DNA of 64,000 nucleotides from a virus (Duplodnaviria; Caudoviricetes): IMG/VR virus record IMGVR_UViG_3300025066_000007; one strand, 5' to 3'. A program made the position numbers and the translations under genes. Within the stretch, counting starts at the first letter, position 1. Every line of letters begins with the position of its first letter. Shown here in pieces: positions 1 through 8,820 of this stretch. The notes under the pieces are model-generated. The model saw only the letters and a list, made by a program, of their open reading frames with translations. It did not search any database and was not told where the DNA came from.

Positions 1-891
1 CCTTGTTGAGAACTCTACCATAGAAGCTCCGCCTCCCTGAAAATCTGTTGTTCCAGCAGAAATAGAATACACAAGACCACTCTTTTCCCTTACTTCTTCG
101 AACAGCCTAGAGTCCATTCCTCGTCCTAAAATGGTTGTCAATACCATCATAGAACTGCGAAGTTCAGATCCAGTAGGCTTTGACGGCATTCCAAGCCAAA
201 CATATGCATGTTCAATGCCGCCCTTCTCTAGCTCTCCATATCGCTTGCCCATATAACCAGACTCTTTAAATTTATAGGGATTTCTCGTCTTGCCAGTGGC
301 CCTTCCGAAGTATCGATTCAACAAGTTCTTCATATCCTTCTTCTTTAGATTGCTGCAGATAGAGACAATCGCGTCTTTTCTATTACAGAACTGAGAGTGA
401 AAGCGCTTAATCTCATCTACAGAAAACTTAGAGATAGACTCCTGAGTTCCAATAACAGGAGTTGTTAGATAATTGTCGAAAAAGCTTTCCGAAAACATAT
501 TCCACATATATGAGGATACACTATCCAGAGAAGAAATCTCCTCCTCTTTAACAACCTCAATCTCCCTCAGAATCTCTTCCTCTGGAAAAATCGGATTAAA
601 AACCATATCCGACAAAATCTCTACGCAAGGCTCTAGGTTCTCATAAGGGACCGTGATAAAATATACTACTGCCTCATGCGAGGTAAATGCGTTAGATGAT
701 CCTCCCAAAAACCCTATCTTCCTCTGAATCTCCGATGCCGTTCTTGTTGCCGTCCCCTTAAATAAAGAGTGCTCAAGCATATGGGCCATTCCAGAACTAT
801 ACTTTCCTCTAGACTCAACTCGTGACCCTGCATTAAACGCAACCATAACAGTGGCTATGCGACTATGGGTTTTTGAAATCTCATGAATCAT
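1..891 (-). CDS. M16 family (insulinase/pitrilysin-like) zinc peptidase, 3' end outside window
   Basis: Manual translation from ATG at 891 gives MIHEISKTHSRIATVMVAFNAGSRVE...GMAHMLEHSLFKGT (inverted HxxEH zinc motif, NAFTS motif). The frame stays open to the window edge, so it is absent from the ORF track. Confidence 0.9.
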   Translation of the reverse strand, partial: MIHEISKTHSRIATVMVAFNAGSRVESRGKYSSGMAHMLEHSLFKGTATRTASEIQRKIGFLGGSSNAFTSHEAVVYFITVPYENLEPCVEILSDMVFNPIFPEEEILREIEVVKEEEISSLDSVSSYMWNMFSESFFDNYLTTPVIGTQESISKFSVDEIKRFHSQFCNRKDAIVSICSNLKKKDMKNLLNRYFGRATGKTRNPYKFKESGYMGKRYGELEKGGIEHAYVWLGMPSKPTGSELRSSMMVLTTILGRGMDSRLFEEVREKSGLVYSISAGTTDFQGGGASMVEFSTR

Positions 892-901
892 TAAATTCTC
901 C

Positions 902-939
902 AAAAAAAAGAGGACAAAGAGATACCCCTTTGCCCTCTT
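902..939 (-). terminator. Intrinsic terminator between the VWA gene and the M16 peptidase
   Basis: Minus strand AAGAGGGCAAAG-GGGTATCT-CTTTGTCCTCTT followed by a T run. Confidence 0.7.
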
Positions 940-976
940 CCTGAGCCAGAAGCTTGTTTCCGGCTTATTGTTTTCG

Positions 977-2113
977 CTACTTTTGTTCGATTACGACCTT
1001 TTTGCCGTAAGGAAAGTTTACACCCTCGTCCTGCTTACATACGGCCCATAGAACACGAGCCTTCGGCTTGTCTGGAAATGGAGCATAACCGTCTGTAAAC
1101 ACAGCAAGACCATCGTACTTCAGCTCATCAACCATCTGGATAACTGGAGCGAAGCAAGTTCCTCCACGTCCCTTGATAGCAATTGAGGACTTCTTCTTAG
1201 AAAAAGGCTGAGGCTTTCCGTATACCTGCGTATCAAACTGAATAAAATCAACCTCAACGTGATCAATCATTCCGTTTAATTCTGTCGCAAAGTATTCTAG
1301 CTGCTTATCAGAAACAGAGCCCGAAGTATCAAACGCTACGAGCAGACGGCTCGTATAGTTCCTCTTTGAGCCAGGAGAAGTAAAGCCATAACGTCGGTTA
1401 GGACGCATACGAGTGTTCCTTCGTCCCATCATTACAAGCTTGTTGATAAACCAGCGAACTTCCTTCTTCCAGTTAACTACAGGCTTATTGGCCGCGATAA
1501 TTTGCGCGGCAATACCACCCGCAATATTCCCCCAGCCCTTCTTCTCCTGAGCCTTAATCGCCTTTTCGGCAATACCCCTAATCTTTTCCTCGACAATATC
1601 ATCATCGAAGTCTTCCCACATAGAGTGGTCGTCTAGAGTCTCGCCGTACTTTTCGCCAAGCCCTCCAAATCCATCCTCATTTTCTTCAGCCTCTTTCTTC
1701 AGCTTTTCATAGTACCACTCTGCCGACTGATTTTCTTCAAGGCCGAAAGTCGCGGGATAAATCGCCCCGTCAGGAAGTCCTTCAATGTGACAGTTGATTG
1801 CCGCATCGGCAGCAAGGTTATATCCCTTCATGTTATACGCAAAATGTTTTGAGCGCGTCAGGTGATGAAGAAGAATGTGTAGCGCCTCATGCTTCAGCAC
1901 TCCTCGAAGCTCCGTTGCAGAAAGCTTCGCAACGAAATCCGGGTTATAGTACAAAGCTAGGTCTACACGGCGAATTACTCCAACCGCCATAGTTGGCAGG
2001 TCCTTTCGTTCCTTCTTGTTCAAAAAGAGAAAGACCTCTCCATAAAGAGGCCGAAAAGCTACTAGCTTTGAAATAGCTGAGTTTAGCTTATTTTTTACGT
2101 CTACGTTTGCCAT
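977..2113 (-). CDS. Metallopeptidase plus VWA domain protein (DUF2201-like), MoxR partner
   Basis: HEALH zincin motif in the N-terminal half; MIDAS DTSGS, GRGGT and FTDG motifs in the C-terminal half; adjacent to a MoxR-type ATPase. Confidence 0.85.
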   Translation of the reverse strand: MANVDVKNKLNSAISKLVAFRPLYGEVFLFLNKKERKDLPTMAVGVIRRVDLALYYNPDFVAKLSATELRGVLKHEALHILLHHLTRSKHFAYNMKGYNLAADAAINCHIEGLPDGAIYPATFGLEENQSAEWYYEKLKKEAEENEDGFGGLGEKYGETLDDHSMWEDFDDDIVEEKIRGIAEKAIKAQEKKGWGNIAGGIAAQIIAANKPVVNWKKEVRWFINKLVMMGRRNTRMRPNRRYGFTSPGSKRNYTSRLLVAFDTSGSVSDKQLEYFATELNGMIDHVEVDFIQFDTQVYGKPQPFSKKKSSIAIKGRGGTCFAPVIQMVDELKYDGLAVFTDGYAPFPDKPKARVLWAVCKQDEGVNFPYGKKVVIEQK

Positions 2114-2180
2114 ATGTTCTCCATTAAGTAGATGTTTCAGGCACCAGATAACCCCGTGCCTGCCTGCGGGCTAAAGCAAA

Positions 2181-3257
2181 TTAGTTTGAGAGATAAATCT
2201 GCTTTAGATGCTCGCGGAAGTCCTCGTCGGACTGCCATTCCATTACGATCTTCTTAGTCTTCTTTCCACCCAGCATAGAAACCCATGCCTGTGAAGCTAC
2301 ATCATTTGGTAGCATCAGGAAGAAAGAGCGCAGATTAGACCGCTGCTTTTCCTTCATCTTAGTGAGGCTTCGGCTGTTAACCTCCGCAACAACGGACCTT
2401 GACAGAGCGGCGATAACCTCAATGTCATTGCAGGCAGACTCAACCTTCGACTTGACCTTCTCGAAGGTATCAATGACTTCTTCCGGTCGAAGATGCGAAA
2501 ACTCATTCGTTAGAAACTTCTGGAACATAACGGCGATTTCTCGACCGAGCCATCCCTTCGTAACCTGAGTGAGCATTCCGTCCTCAGCCCTAGAGTCAAG
2601 CCCCATATGAGTTAGCGTGTCACTGAACGCAACCCAACTTCGACGTGAAGGATAAATTCGGCCAGCCTCCAGGTTTCCAACCGGAGGGTCAAGAAGGTTC
2701 TGGTTACGGTTAACGAACTCTACTACAGCCTTATGAACCCCGTTGTCCCGTGCCCAATCCATCCACTCTACAGCAGAGGGATCAAAGTCAATGTGGAACC
2801 AGCGGTCATTGAGCGCCGGGTCAAGTTCCACAACGTCGTAATCATCGTCCGAGTTGACAGCCGAAACTACTCGCCAACCATCGGGCAGCTTTTCACCATC
2901 AAGGCGGCGGTCGAGACAAATCTCGAAAACAGCTTGAAGAACATCTTTTGATGCGCGGTTAAGCTCGTCAAAGAAAAGAATTCCCTTTGAAGTCTGAGCA
3001 CGCGGCCACCACTCTTGCTTTAGAAAGCGAATGATATCCTTATCGATATCCTTATGAGGCATTCCCTTGATATCACCAACTTCGCACTGAGAAAGCCTTA
3101 CGTCCCAAAAGCCGTACTCCTCTCCTGACTCTGCCGATAGTTCTTCGGCAACTTGTCGTACTACAGAAGACTTGCCTACTCCATGCTTCGCGTGAAGCAT
3201 GATAGACTTATCATTGGGCATGTTCTTAAGAATCTCTTTGGTCTGACTAATGTTCAC
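2181..3257 (-). CDS. MoxR-type AAA+ ATPase
   Basis: Walker A variant AKHGVGKS, Walker B LFFDELNRA, DPALNDRW arginine finger and SRRSW motif. Start moved to GTG at 3257, which follows an AAGGAG SD. Confidence 0.85.
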   Translation of the reverse strand: MNISQTKEILKNMPNDKSIMLHAKHGVGKSSVVRQVAEELSAESGEEYGFWDVRLSQCEVGDIKGMPHKDIDKDIIRFLKQEWWPRAQTSKGILFFDELNRASKDVLQAVFEICLDRRLDGEKLPDGWRVVSAVNSDDDYDVVELDPALNDRWFHIDFDPSAVEWMDWARDNGVHKAVVEFVNRNQNLLDPPVGNLEAGRIYPSRRSWVAFSDTLTHMGLDSRAEDGMLTQVTKGWLGREIAVMFQKFLTNEFSHLRPEEVIDTFEKVKSKVESACNDIEVIAALSRSVVAEVNSRSLTKMKEKQRSNLRSFFLMLPNDVASQAWVSMLGGKKTKKIVMEWQSDEDFREHLKQIYLSN

Positions 3258-3407
3258 AGTATATCTCCTTACAGCTTGTACAAATTCGCGGAGGATTCCA
3301 CGCCCCAATATAGTGAGGACAGAGCGATATTTCCAATATCTTTTGCTGCGTATTTTCAATCTTTAAACAAATTTTTGAAGCACCCGAGGGCTCATCCCTC
3401 ACGCCCT

Positions 3408-3442
3408 GATATAGTGCAGGGCAGATTTATATTACGTTTTTT
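3408..3442 (-). promoter_or_regulatory. Phage promoter-like motif, copy 1
   Basis: AAAAAA CGTAAT ATAAATC TGCCCTG CAC TATATC upstream of the MoxR gene; one of 8 copies. Confidence 0.7.
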
Positions 3443-3773
3443 GCAAGCCCTCCTTTGTTGGAGCACTATCCTCAGATACATCTAGGATTGCCTGCTTGGC
3501 AACCTCTAGTCTGTCCCGAAAGCCTTGTAGAACTCCGGAAAGCTCACTCAAAGAGTGAGCAGCAGAGCCCTCATTAGAAGGCTCAATTTGAGCCCCTGAG
3601 CCAAGAAGAGAGGATACTAAACCTCCCAAATCAAACGACTCCAATACTCCGTCCTTCTCTCCCATTATATCAGACGCAAAGCTTGTAGCTTCTTCAAATC
3701 GCTCTTCTATAGAGGAAAGTCTTTGCTCTATCCCCTCAAGCCTCTCAACAACTAATTCTTCAAATTCTGTCAT
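3432..3773 (-). CDS. Hypothetical coiled-coil protein
   Basis: ORF with GGAGAG SD before ATG at 3773; heptad-like helices. Confidence 0.55.
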   Translation of the reverse strand: MTEFEELVVERLEGIEQRLSSIEERFEEATSFASDIMGEKDGVLESFDLGGLVSSLLGSGAQIEPSNEGSAAHSLSELSGVLQGFRDRLEVAKQAILDVSEDSAPTKEGLQKT

Positions 3774-3786
3774 GTCTCTCTCCAAT

Positions 3787-4413
3787 CTACTCTGTCTTCT
3801 TCTTGATATAAGCCTCAAATCTCTTCGCAAAAGCCTCTGAGTCATTTCCGTAATGATGGGATAAGCATTGCCTATCCCACATATAATGGGCCATTTCGTG
3901 TGCTAAAGATAAGTAGTTCTGCCTAGGAGACAAGTCAGTTAACAATATAGATGAATTAGCCTTAATCTCTGGAGTCGTATCATAAAAGGCATATACAATA
4001 CCTCCGCCCCATCCTATTGAACGAAAGTATGCCGCAAACCTATCTTCAGATAGCATCTTATCTTTATCTATAATAAAGATATTTAAATTAAATCCATATC
4101 TGCAATCAGCCGTGCTTCCTACTGTTTCTGTTACAAACATCCTATAGAAAAAGACTATTCCCTCCATGGCCTCGTGAATGTCTCCCGGAGGATATGCCAC
4201 AAGGAGCCTGCTTTTTGAGGAGTGCGGATAAGCCTGATATGAAACGGTATACGGCAAAGCCTCTCCGGCTACAGAAACAGACTTAGACACAATATGTTCT
4301 GTCGCTATATCTCCTATAAACTTTGATTTATAGGGCTCTGCGCTAGCCGGAGAAACACTTAGAGCAAGAAGTATACTAGCGCCTATTAAAGTTCTTATCA
4401 CTTCTCTTTCCAC
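3787..4413 (-). CDS. Secreted zincin-like protein
   Basis: N-terminal signal peptide (LIGASILLALSVSPASA) and HEMAH motif. Confidence 0.5.
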   Translation of the reverse strand: MEREVIRTLIGASILLALSVSPASAEPYKSKFIGDIATEHIVSKSVSVAGEALPYTVSYQAYPHSSKSRLLVAYPPGDIHEAMEGIVFFYRMFVTETVGSTADCRYGFNLNIFIIDKDKMLSEDRFAAYFRSIGWGGGIVYAFYDTTPEIKANSSILLTDLSPRQNYLSLAHEMAHYMWDRQCLSHHYGNDSEAFAKRFEAYIKKKTE

Positions 4414-4574
4414 TTCTTGCTCTTCCGATAACTTCCACTCTAAGGTTAGGATTCAGCTTTAGATTTTCCACATGGTCCAGGGGAACTCCAGAATGTTCAA
4501 AAACTGCGTTTGTATCCTTGTTAGTAACCTTAATATTTAGAAAAACTTCTCTTTCGGACCTCATACACATCCTC

Positions 4575-5543
4575 CTATTCGAGAGCCTCAAGCGCTCTCT
4601 CCACCCTTCTTGTCAGCCAGGGACTATTAATTATCGATATAGCAGGCATAATCCATGGAAAGTTGTCCTTAGATATACACTCTGCTAACCGGGAGATAAC
4701 CTGTTCGTCAGGCGTATCTGCAAAGAGCATAATCATTCGCTCGGCATGAGCAATTTTATTTTCAAATTCTTCAGCACTATCCTCTTCCCTATCGCGAATA
4801 ATTGCGTACCTCCAAGACCTAATACTCTGAGACAAGTGCTCTGCAACCAGCCTCTTGAGACTGACAGGAGAAGACTTTGCAATTGCCCTAATCAGATTGT
4901 CTGACAGAAGGTTTTTCTGTGCCGCCTTGAAAAGAATCTGTCGCTTAATATCGATAGCACCCGGGGCTCTCTTTACTTTAAAAAAGCAATAATCAAAAAA
5001 CTTTGGATCTTCTGAGTTTTCCAGGCCAAGACTTCTAATGCTTATCGCCTCTGGGCTATCTCCTCCGAGATCTGCCCGCGAAAGTGCATCTAAATAATCA
5101 TACCCCTTATCCACCAGAGGAATTAACGCAGCCTTTGCATCTAATTCCTCTTCTGTGAGGGAGGCTTTTTGCTTCAGATAAGAGTACATCTTTTCTAGCC
5201 AAGCGTAACAGCTCTCTGAGCTTAATAGATCACACCTGTGCCCTATGTTAAGAGATTGATTGACAATTAGATGAAATAATCTCACTCTTTCATTAGGACA
5301 ATTATCCCAAATATGCTGAATAGATTCATCTTTAATGATAGGATTGTTACTGTAATAGTATTGCGATTCATTAATTGCACATTTTACAGCATACTTATAA
5401 ATCTCGTCATACGGCAATGGCATATCCTGGTTAGAACTGCCTTCATATTCATAACGAGCACTAAACCCTTCAAACATCTTATATCCTTTCTTGAGGAAAG
5501 CCCGGACAATAGCCCTAAGAAGCTTCCATTCTCTGTTGTACAA
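4575..5543 (-). CDS. Alpha-helical repeat-like hypothetical protein (paralog family)
   Basis: 322-aa ORF; helical C-terminus resembles those of 5515..6234, 13004..13858 and 22831..23616. Confidence 0.55.
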   Translation of the reverse strand: MYNREWKLLRAIVRAFLKKGYKMFEGFSARYEYEGSSNQDMPLPYDEIYKYAVKCAINESQYYYSNNPIIKDESIQHIWDNCPNERVRLFHLIVNQSLNIGHRCDLLSSESCYAWLEKMYSYLKQKASLTEEELDAKAALIPLVDKGYDYLDALSRADLGGDSPEAISIRSLGLENSEDPKFFDYCFFKVKRAPGAIDIKRQILFKAAQKNLLSDNLIRAIAKSSPVSLKRLVAEHLSQSIRSWRYAIIRDREEDSAEEFENKIAHAERMIMLFADTPDEQVISRLAECISKDNFPWIMPAISIINSPWLTRRVERALEALE

Positions 5544-6234
5544 GCTTGGCGACCCACTTTGACTTTAGATTTCTATTTGCCAATACAAGTGGAAGAAAAT
5601 CAAGAGGAACCTTCGTTACCATTATGGAAAACGGACGTTTAGCAATCTCCTTCATTATAATCTCACTTAGTTTCTCGTAACCAAATGGTGCAGCCTCTGC
5701 TCCCATGGCTCGAATCTCTGCCATCTTATCGGCAAGCATATCATCCAAACACTCTGCCGGCCCTAGCCTTTCAAAAACTGTTTTTCGAACAACTTTGTCC
5801 TTATCTTTCTTCAAAGATCGCAATACTTTTATAGAGCAGCCTTTAGCCGCAATTCTTCGCTCATTAATTGTCCCGGACTTTGCTAGCTTGTCAAGGACTT
5901 TTATATCCGAGTAAAAGCCATTAGACAAGCAGATCAGCCTAACAGGCTCTGGGCCTGTTAAGAGAGCGCTATCTCCGATAGTAGGATACTTTTTTAGTAA
6001 GCTAAAAACGAAATCTTTAGCATAGTAGGAGCTCCACCTATGAGAGCCTAAGAGAGCATCATTATAATTCTTTTTAGAAGCCAGAAGATATCTCGCCTGC
6101 TCCTCCGAAGCTCCGCTCTTTAAGGAGTCTACCCTTGAGCGAAAGCTCTGCCAGTTGCCATAGGTGCTAAATACACTTTTTATCTCCTTTACAAATTCGC
6201 TATTACTATTACTATTGCTCACAGCATCTATCAC
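5515..6234 (-). CDS. HEAT-like repeat hypothetical protein
   Basis: Repeats such as LKKDKDKVVRKTVFERL and LADKMAEIRAMGAE. Confidence 0.55.
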   Translation of the reverse strand: MIDAVSNSNSNSEFVKEIKSVFSTYGNWQSFRSRVDSLKSGASEEQARYLLASKKNYNDALLGSHRWSSYYAKDFVFSLLKKYPTIGDSALLTGPEPVRLICLSNGFYSDIKVLDKLAKSGTINERRIAAKGCSIKVLRSLKKDKDKVVRKTVFERLGPAECLDDMLADKMAEIRAMGAEAAPFGYEKLSEIIMKEIAKRPFSIMVTKVPLDFLPLVLANRNLKSKWVAKLVQQRMEAS

Positions 6235-7057
6235 CTTCCGTTTCTAGTTCATTCATATTTTTTACAAAAAAACCCGCAGCATTCTTGTGACCTCCGCCAC
6301 CAAACTCCAGAGCTATAGTAGACACATCCATCCTATTCTCCTTTGACCTTAATGAAAACCTAAATTTTTCTCCGTCGAAGTAGTACACCGCAGCAAATTC
6401 TTCATCTTCACATAGAATGTTTCCTATTTCCGATTGAAAAGACGAAGAGTTTACTGCAGGAACATTTTCCCCTGCAATATTTAGACGATGAACATTTGAG
6501 AGCATCATCTTCACCAGAGTTTCTTTGTACCTGAGAATATCCCCTCCAGCAGAAACAACCTTGCTCCACGCTGGAGAGCACGGCTCCCCAAGCTCCAGGC
6601 TCAAGCGGTTCCATTCGGAAAAGCTTTTTTTATGCGAATCAACTACAGACAATACCTCTTCGGCCTTATCTAGCTCCCAAGTCCACAAGTCTCTGTCTTG
6701 AATATACCTAAGAAGAGGTGGGACAGGCTTTCTTTTAAAGAGAAACTTCCATGCCAAAACTGCTCCAGATTGGCTCATATCGAAATGGCAATACTCCAAA
6801 TCTCCGCAGCTTTCTTGGGAAGTCTTATGGTGGTCAATGACCGTTAGCGTGTTCGCTTCCTCTTCTAACTCTTCCAATATAGCCCTAGGATAACAAAAGT
6901 CAACAATAAATACATCGCGTCCAGTGACCACCGGAGGCTCGTCGCTATGACGAACCGGAACATATTTAGCTTTCGCTCCATACTTCTGATAAAAAGCCCA
7001 CGCTGCGCCGAAGCCATCTGGACAGCCGGCATGATAAAGAACCGTTACTCTTGACAC
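6212..7057 (-). CDS. DHH/DHHA1 family phosphoesterase (NrnA-like)
   Basis: YHAGCPDG, IVDF, IDHH and C-terminal GGGGHKNAAG motifs; GTG at 7057 follows GAAGGAAG. Confidence 0.85.
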   Translation of the reverse strand: MSRVTVLYHAGCPDGFGAAWAFYQKYGAKAKYVPVRHSDEPPVVTGRDVFIVDFCYPRAILEELEEEANTLTVIDHHKTSQESCGDLEYCHFDMSQSGAVLAWKFLFKRKPVPPLLRYIQDRDLWTWELDKAEEVLSVVDSHKKSFSEWNRLSLELGEPCSPAWSKVVSAGGDILRYKETLVKMMLSNVHRLNIAGENVPAVNSSSFQSEIGNILCEDEEFAAVYYFDGEKFRFSLRSKENRMDVSTIALEFGGGGHKNAAGFFVKNMNELETEGDRCCEQ

Positions 7058-7058
7058 T

Positions 7059-8089
7059 CTACACTTCCTTCGGGGAATAAGAATACACAATATCCTCAAT
7101 TAAAATACAATTAGCGTTTATCACTTCTGTTATAAAATCACACATAATGTTTAAGCTTGAGAAGGATCGAATTAGACCTTCATGAATAAGCTTAAACTTT
7201 CCAAACTCTTTTAAGATATCACACTTGCTAATAACTAAATTAGTTGTTCCCGTAAGATTAACTGCCTTAACCAGATAGTCGAGATTCAGCCAATTAACCT
7301 TTCTTGGCCTTCCTGTCGTTACTCCAAACTCTTCTCCCATTTTAGCGATTACAGACAAGTCCTTATCTTCAAGCAAACTGCTTGGAAATCTCGGATCTTC
7401 CCCAGACTTCGTATCATATATCTTTGCAGCGCCCCAAATCGCATTAACCCTCTGAGGCGGAAACCCCAGAGAGCAAGCGCCATAAGGCAGGGTGATAGAA
7501 GAAGTTACATAAGGATAAAGGCCATGATCAATATCAAGCCAAACGCCCTGCGCTCCTTCACACAAAAGCCTTCCCTCTAACTTCTCATCCCAAATATATT
7601 TCGGATCCAATACATCTTTTGCCAAGATTCCAATTCTAGCCGCTTTATCCGCATAGCAAGGGGCTATTCCCCTGCCCGTAGTTCCAAGCCTTGGAGCCAA
7701 ATGCTCCTTATCATAGGCTATTTGAGAATCAGTTACGATATGACATTTTGGAGAAACCTTGATCAGCGTAGTATCAAATCCATTTTTATCCAAGTAAGAA
7801 ACCTCTTCTTCAAAGGAGCTTGGATGCAAGATGCACCCAGGGCCAATAACAGAAGTTACTCCATAAAATACACCAGATGGAATTAAGTGAGTTTTATACT
7901 TTTCTCCATCGACCCATACGGTGTGTCCTGCGTTATTACCCCCTGCCCATCTTGCCACAACATCATAGTTGCCACTACTCGCCAGATGTGCAGTAATCTT
8001 TCCTTTTGCTTCGTCACCTTTTTATGTTGAGATTGACCCGAAGGTCAACCCCAGCATAAACCGACGACAATATCTGCCTTATCGATCAT
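7059..8089 (-). CDS. purA: Adenylosuccinate synthetase interrupted after codon 14 by a 32-nt bypass-type coding gap (predicted 332 aa)
   Basis: ATG at 8089 encodes MIDKADIVVGLCWG. After the gap the frame resumes at 8015 with DEAKGKITAHL...ARWAGGNNAGHT, GTTGRGI, EGAQG, PYVTSS and TTGRPR, all PurA motifs. The ORF track only shows 7059..7958. Confidence 0.92.
8016..8050 (-). other. Putative programmed translational bypassing (ribosome hop) element
   Basis: GGT(8050-8048) TGA CCTTCGGG TCAATCTCAACATAAAAA GGT(8018-8016): matched codons, stop codon directly after take-off, 8-bp stem with cUUCGg loop, stops in all three frames. Confidence 0.8.
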
Positions 8090-8115
8090 GCTGAATTCTC
8101 CTTTTTGATTTTGGT

Positions 8116-8748
8116 TTAAAAAATATCGACCTTACTCGCATCGAACGAGCTAGCTTCAGCATAACCCTCGGTGGAGGGCTCGCAATTATCAATCGAAATA
8201 ACTTTTTCGATTTTAGTTGGACGCTTAAAAAAGGAGATTCCCTCTCCGTGACCAGACAGTTTGCCGGAGAAAGAGATATATTCTCCAGGCTCAAAGTCGT
8301 ATGCCTTTCCCGTCTTAAAGAAATACTTCCAACCAGCTTTATCGGAACACATGATTCCAGGTGTTGGAAACTGAGCGTCAGCCTTTGACGCTACAATCTT
8401 CTTGACCAGAAGCGGGCCAATCGCGCGTCTCTCTCCGACCACTAGATATGTCGGAGGCTCTAACATGGCGGCATTTGCCTGCTCATCAGCCCAGCGATTC
8501 AAGGATGCAATCCAATTATCGGTAAGCCTATGTGGAGTCTCGATAATAACGTCTCTGCTTGAGATAAAGAACTTATTTTTTGGTTGGTTTTGTAGAGCTA
8601 CAGCAAGCAGAGGAACAACCATAGGGTTGAGCTTATCAAGCTGCTTCTTGGCCTTTTCCTCCAGCTCTTTAGCGCAAGGCTTCTTTCTTCTCTTTCTTTT
8701 CGTTTGTTGAGGTTTTGAGGGGCTGCTTTGTCCGAAAATCTTGACCAT
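8116..8748 (-). CDS. Hypothetical protein
   Basis: 210-aa ORF directly downstream of promoter copy 2. Confidence 0.6.
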   Translation of the reverse strand: MVKIFGQSSPSKPQQTKRKRRKKPCAKELEEKAKKQLDKLNPMVVPLLAVALQNQPKNKFFISSRDVIIETPHRLTDNWIASLNRWADEQANAAMLEPPTYLVVGERRAIGPLLVKKIVASKADAQFPTPGIMCSDKAGWKYFFKTGKAYDFEPGEYISFSGKLSGHGEGISFFKRPTKIEKVISIDNCEPSTEGYAEASSFDASKVDIF

Positions 8749-8774
8749 TAAAAATCACCATGCCTATCCGGCTA

Positions 8775-8808
8775 GATATAGTGCAGGGGAGGTCTACATT
8801 ACGATTTT
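8775..8808 (-). promoter_or_regulatory. Phage promoter-like motif, copy 2
   Basis: CGTAAT GTAGACC TCCCCTG CAC TATATC, 27 nt upstream of ORF 8116..8748, which leads into purA. Confidence 0.7.
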
Positions 8809-8820
8809 AATGGCAAGCGA

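Noticed and set aside
7064-7078. Second CCTTCGGG hairpin near purA (also at about 52812)
   Set aside because: It is on the non-coding strand (the mRNA reads CCCGAAGG), lies within normal codons, and has no stop or matched codons, so it is not a bypass element.
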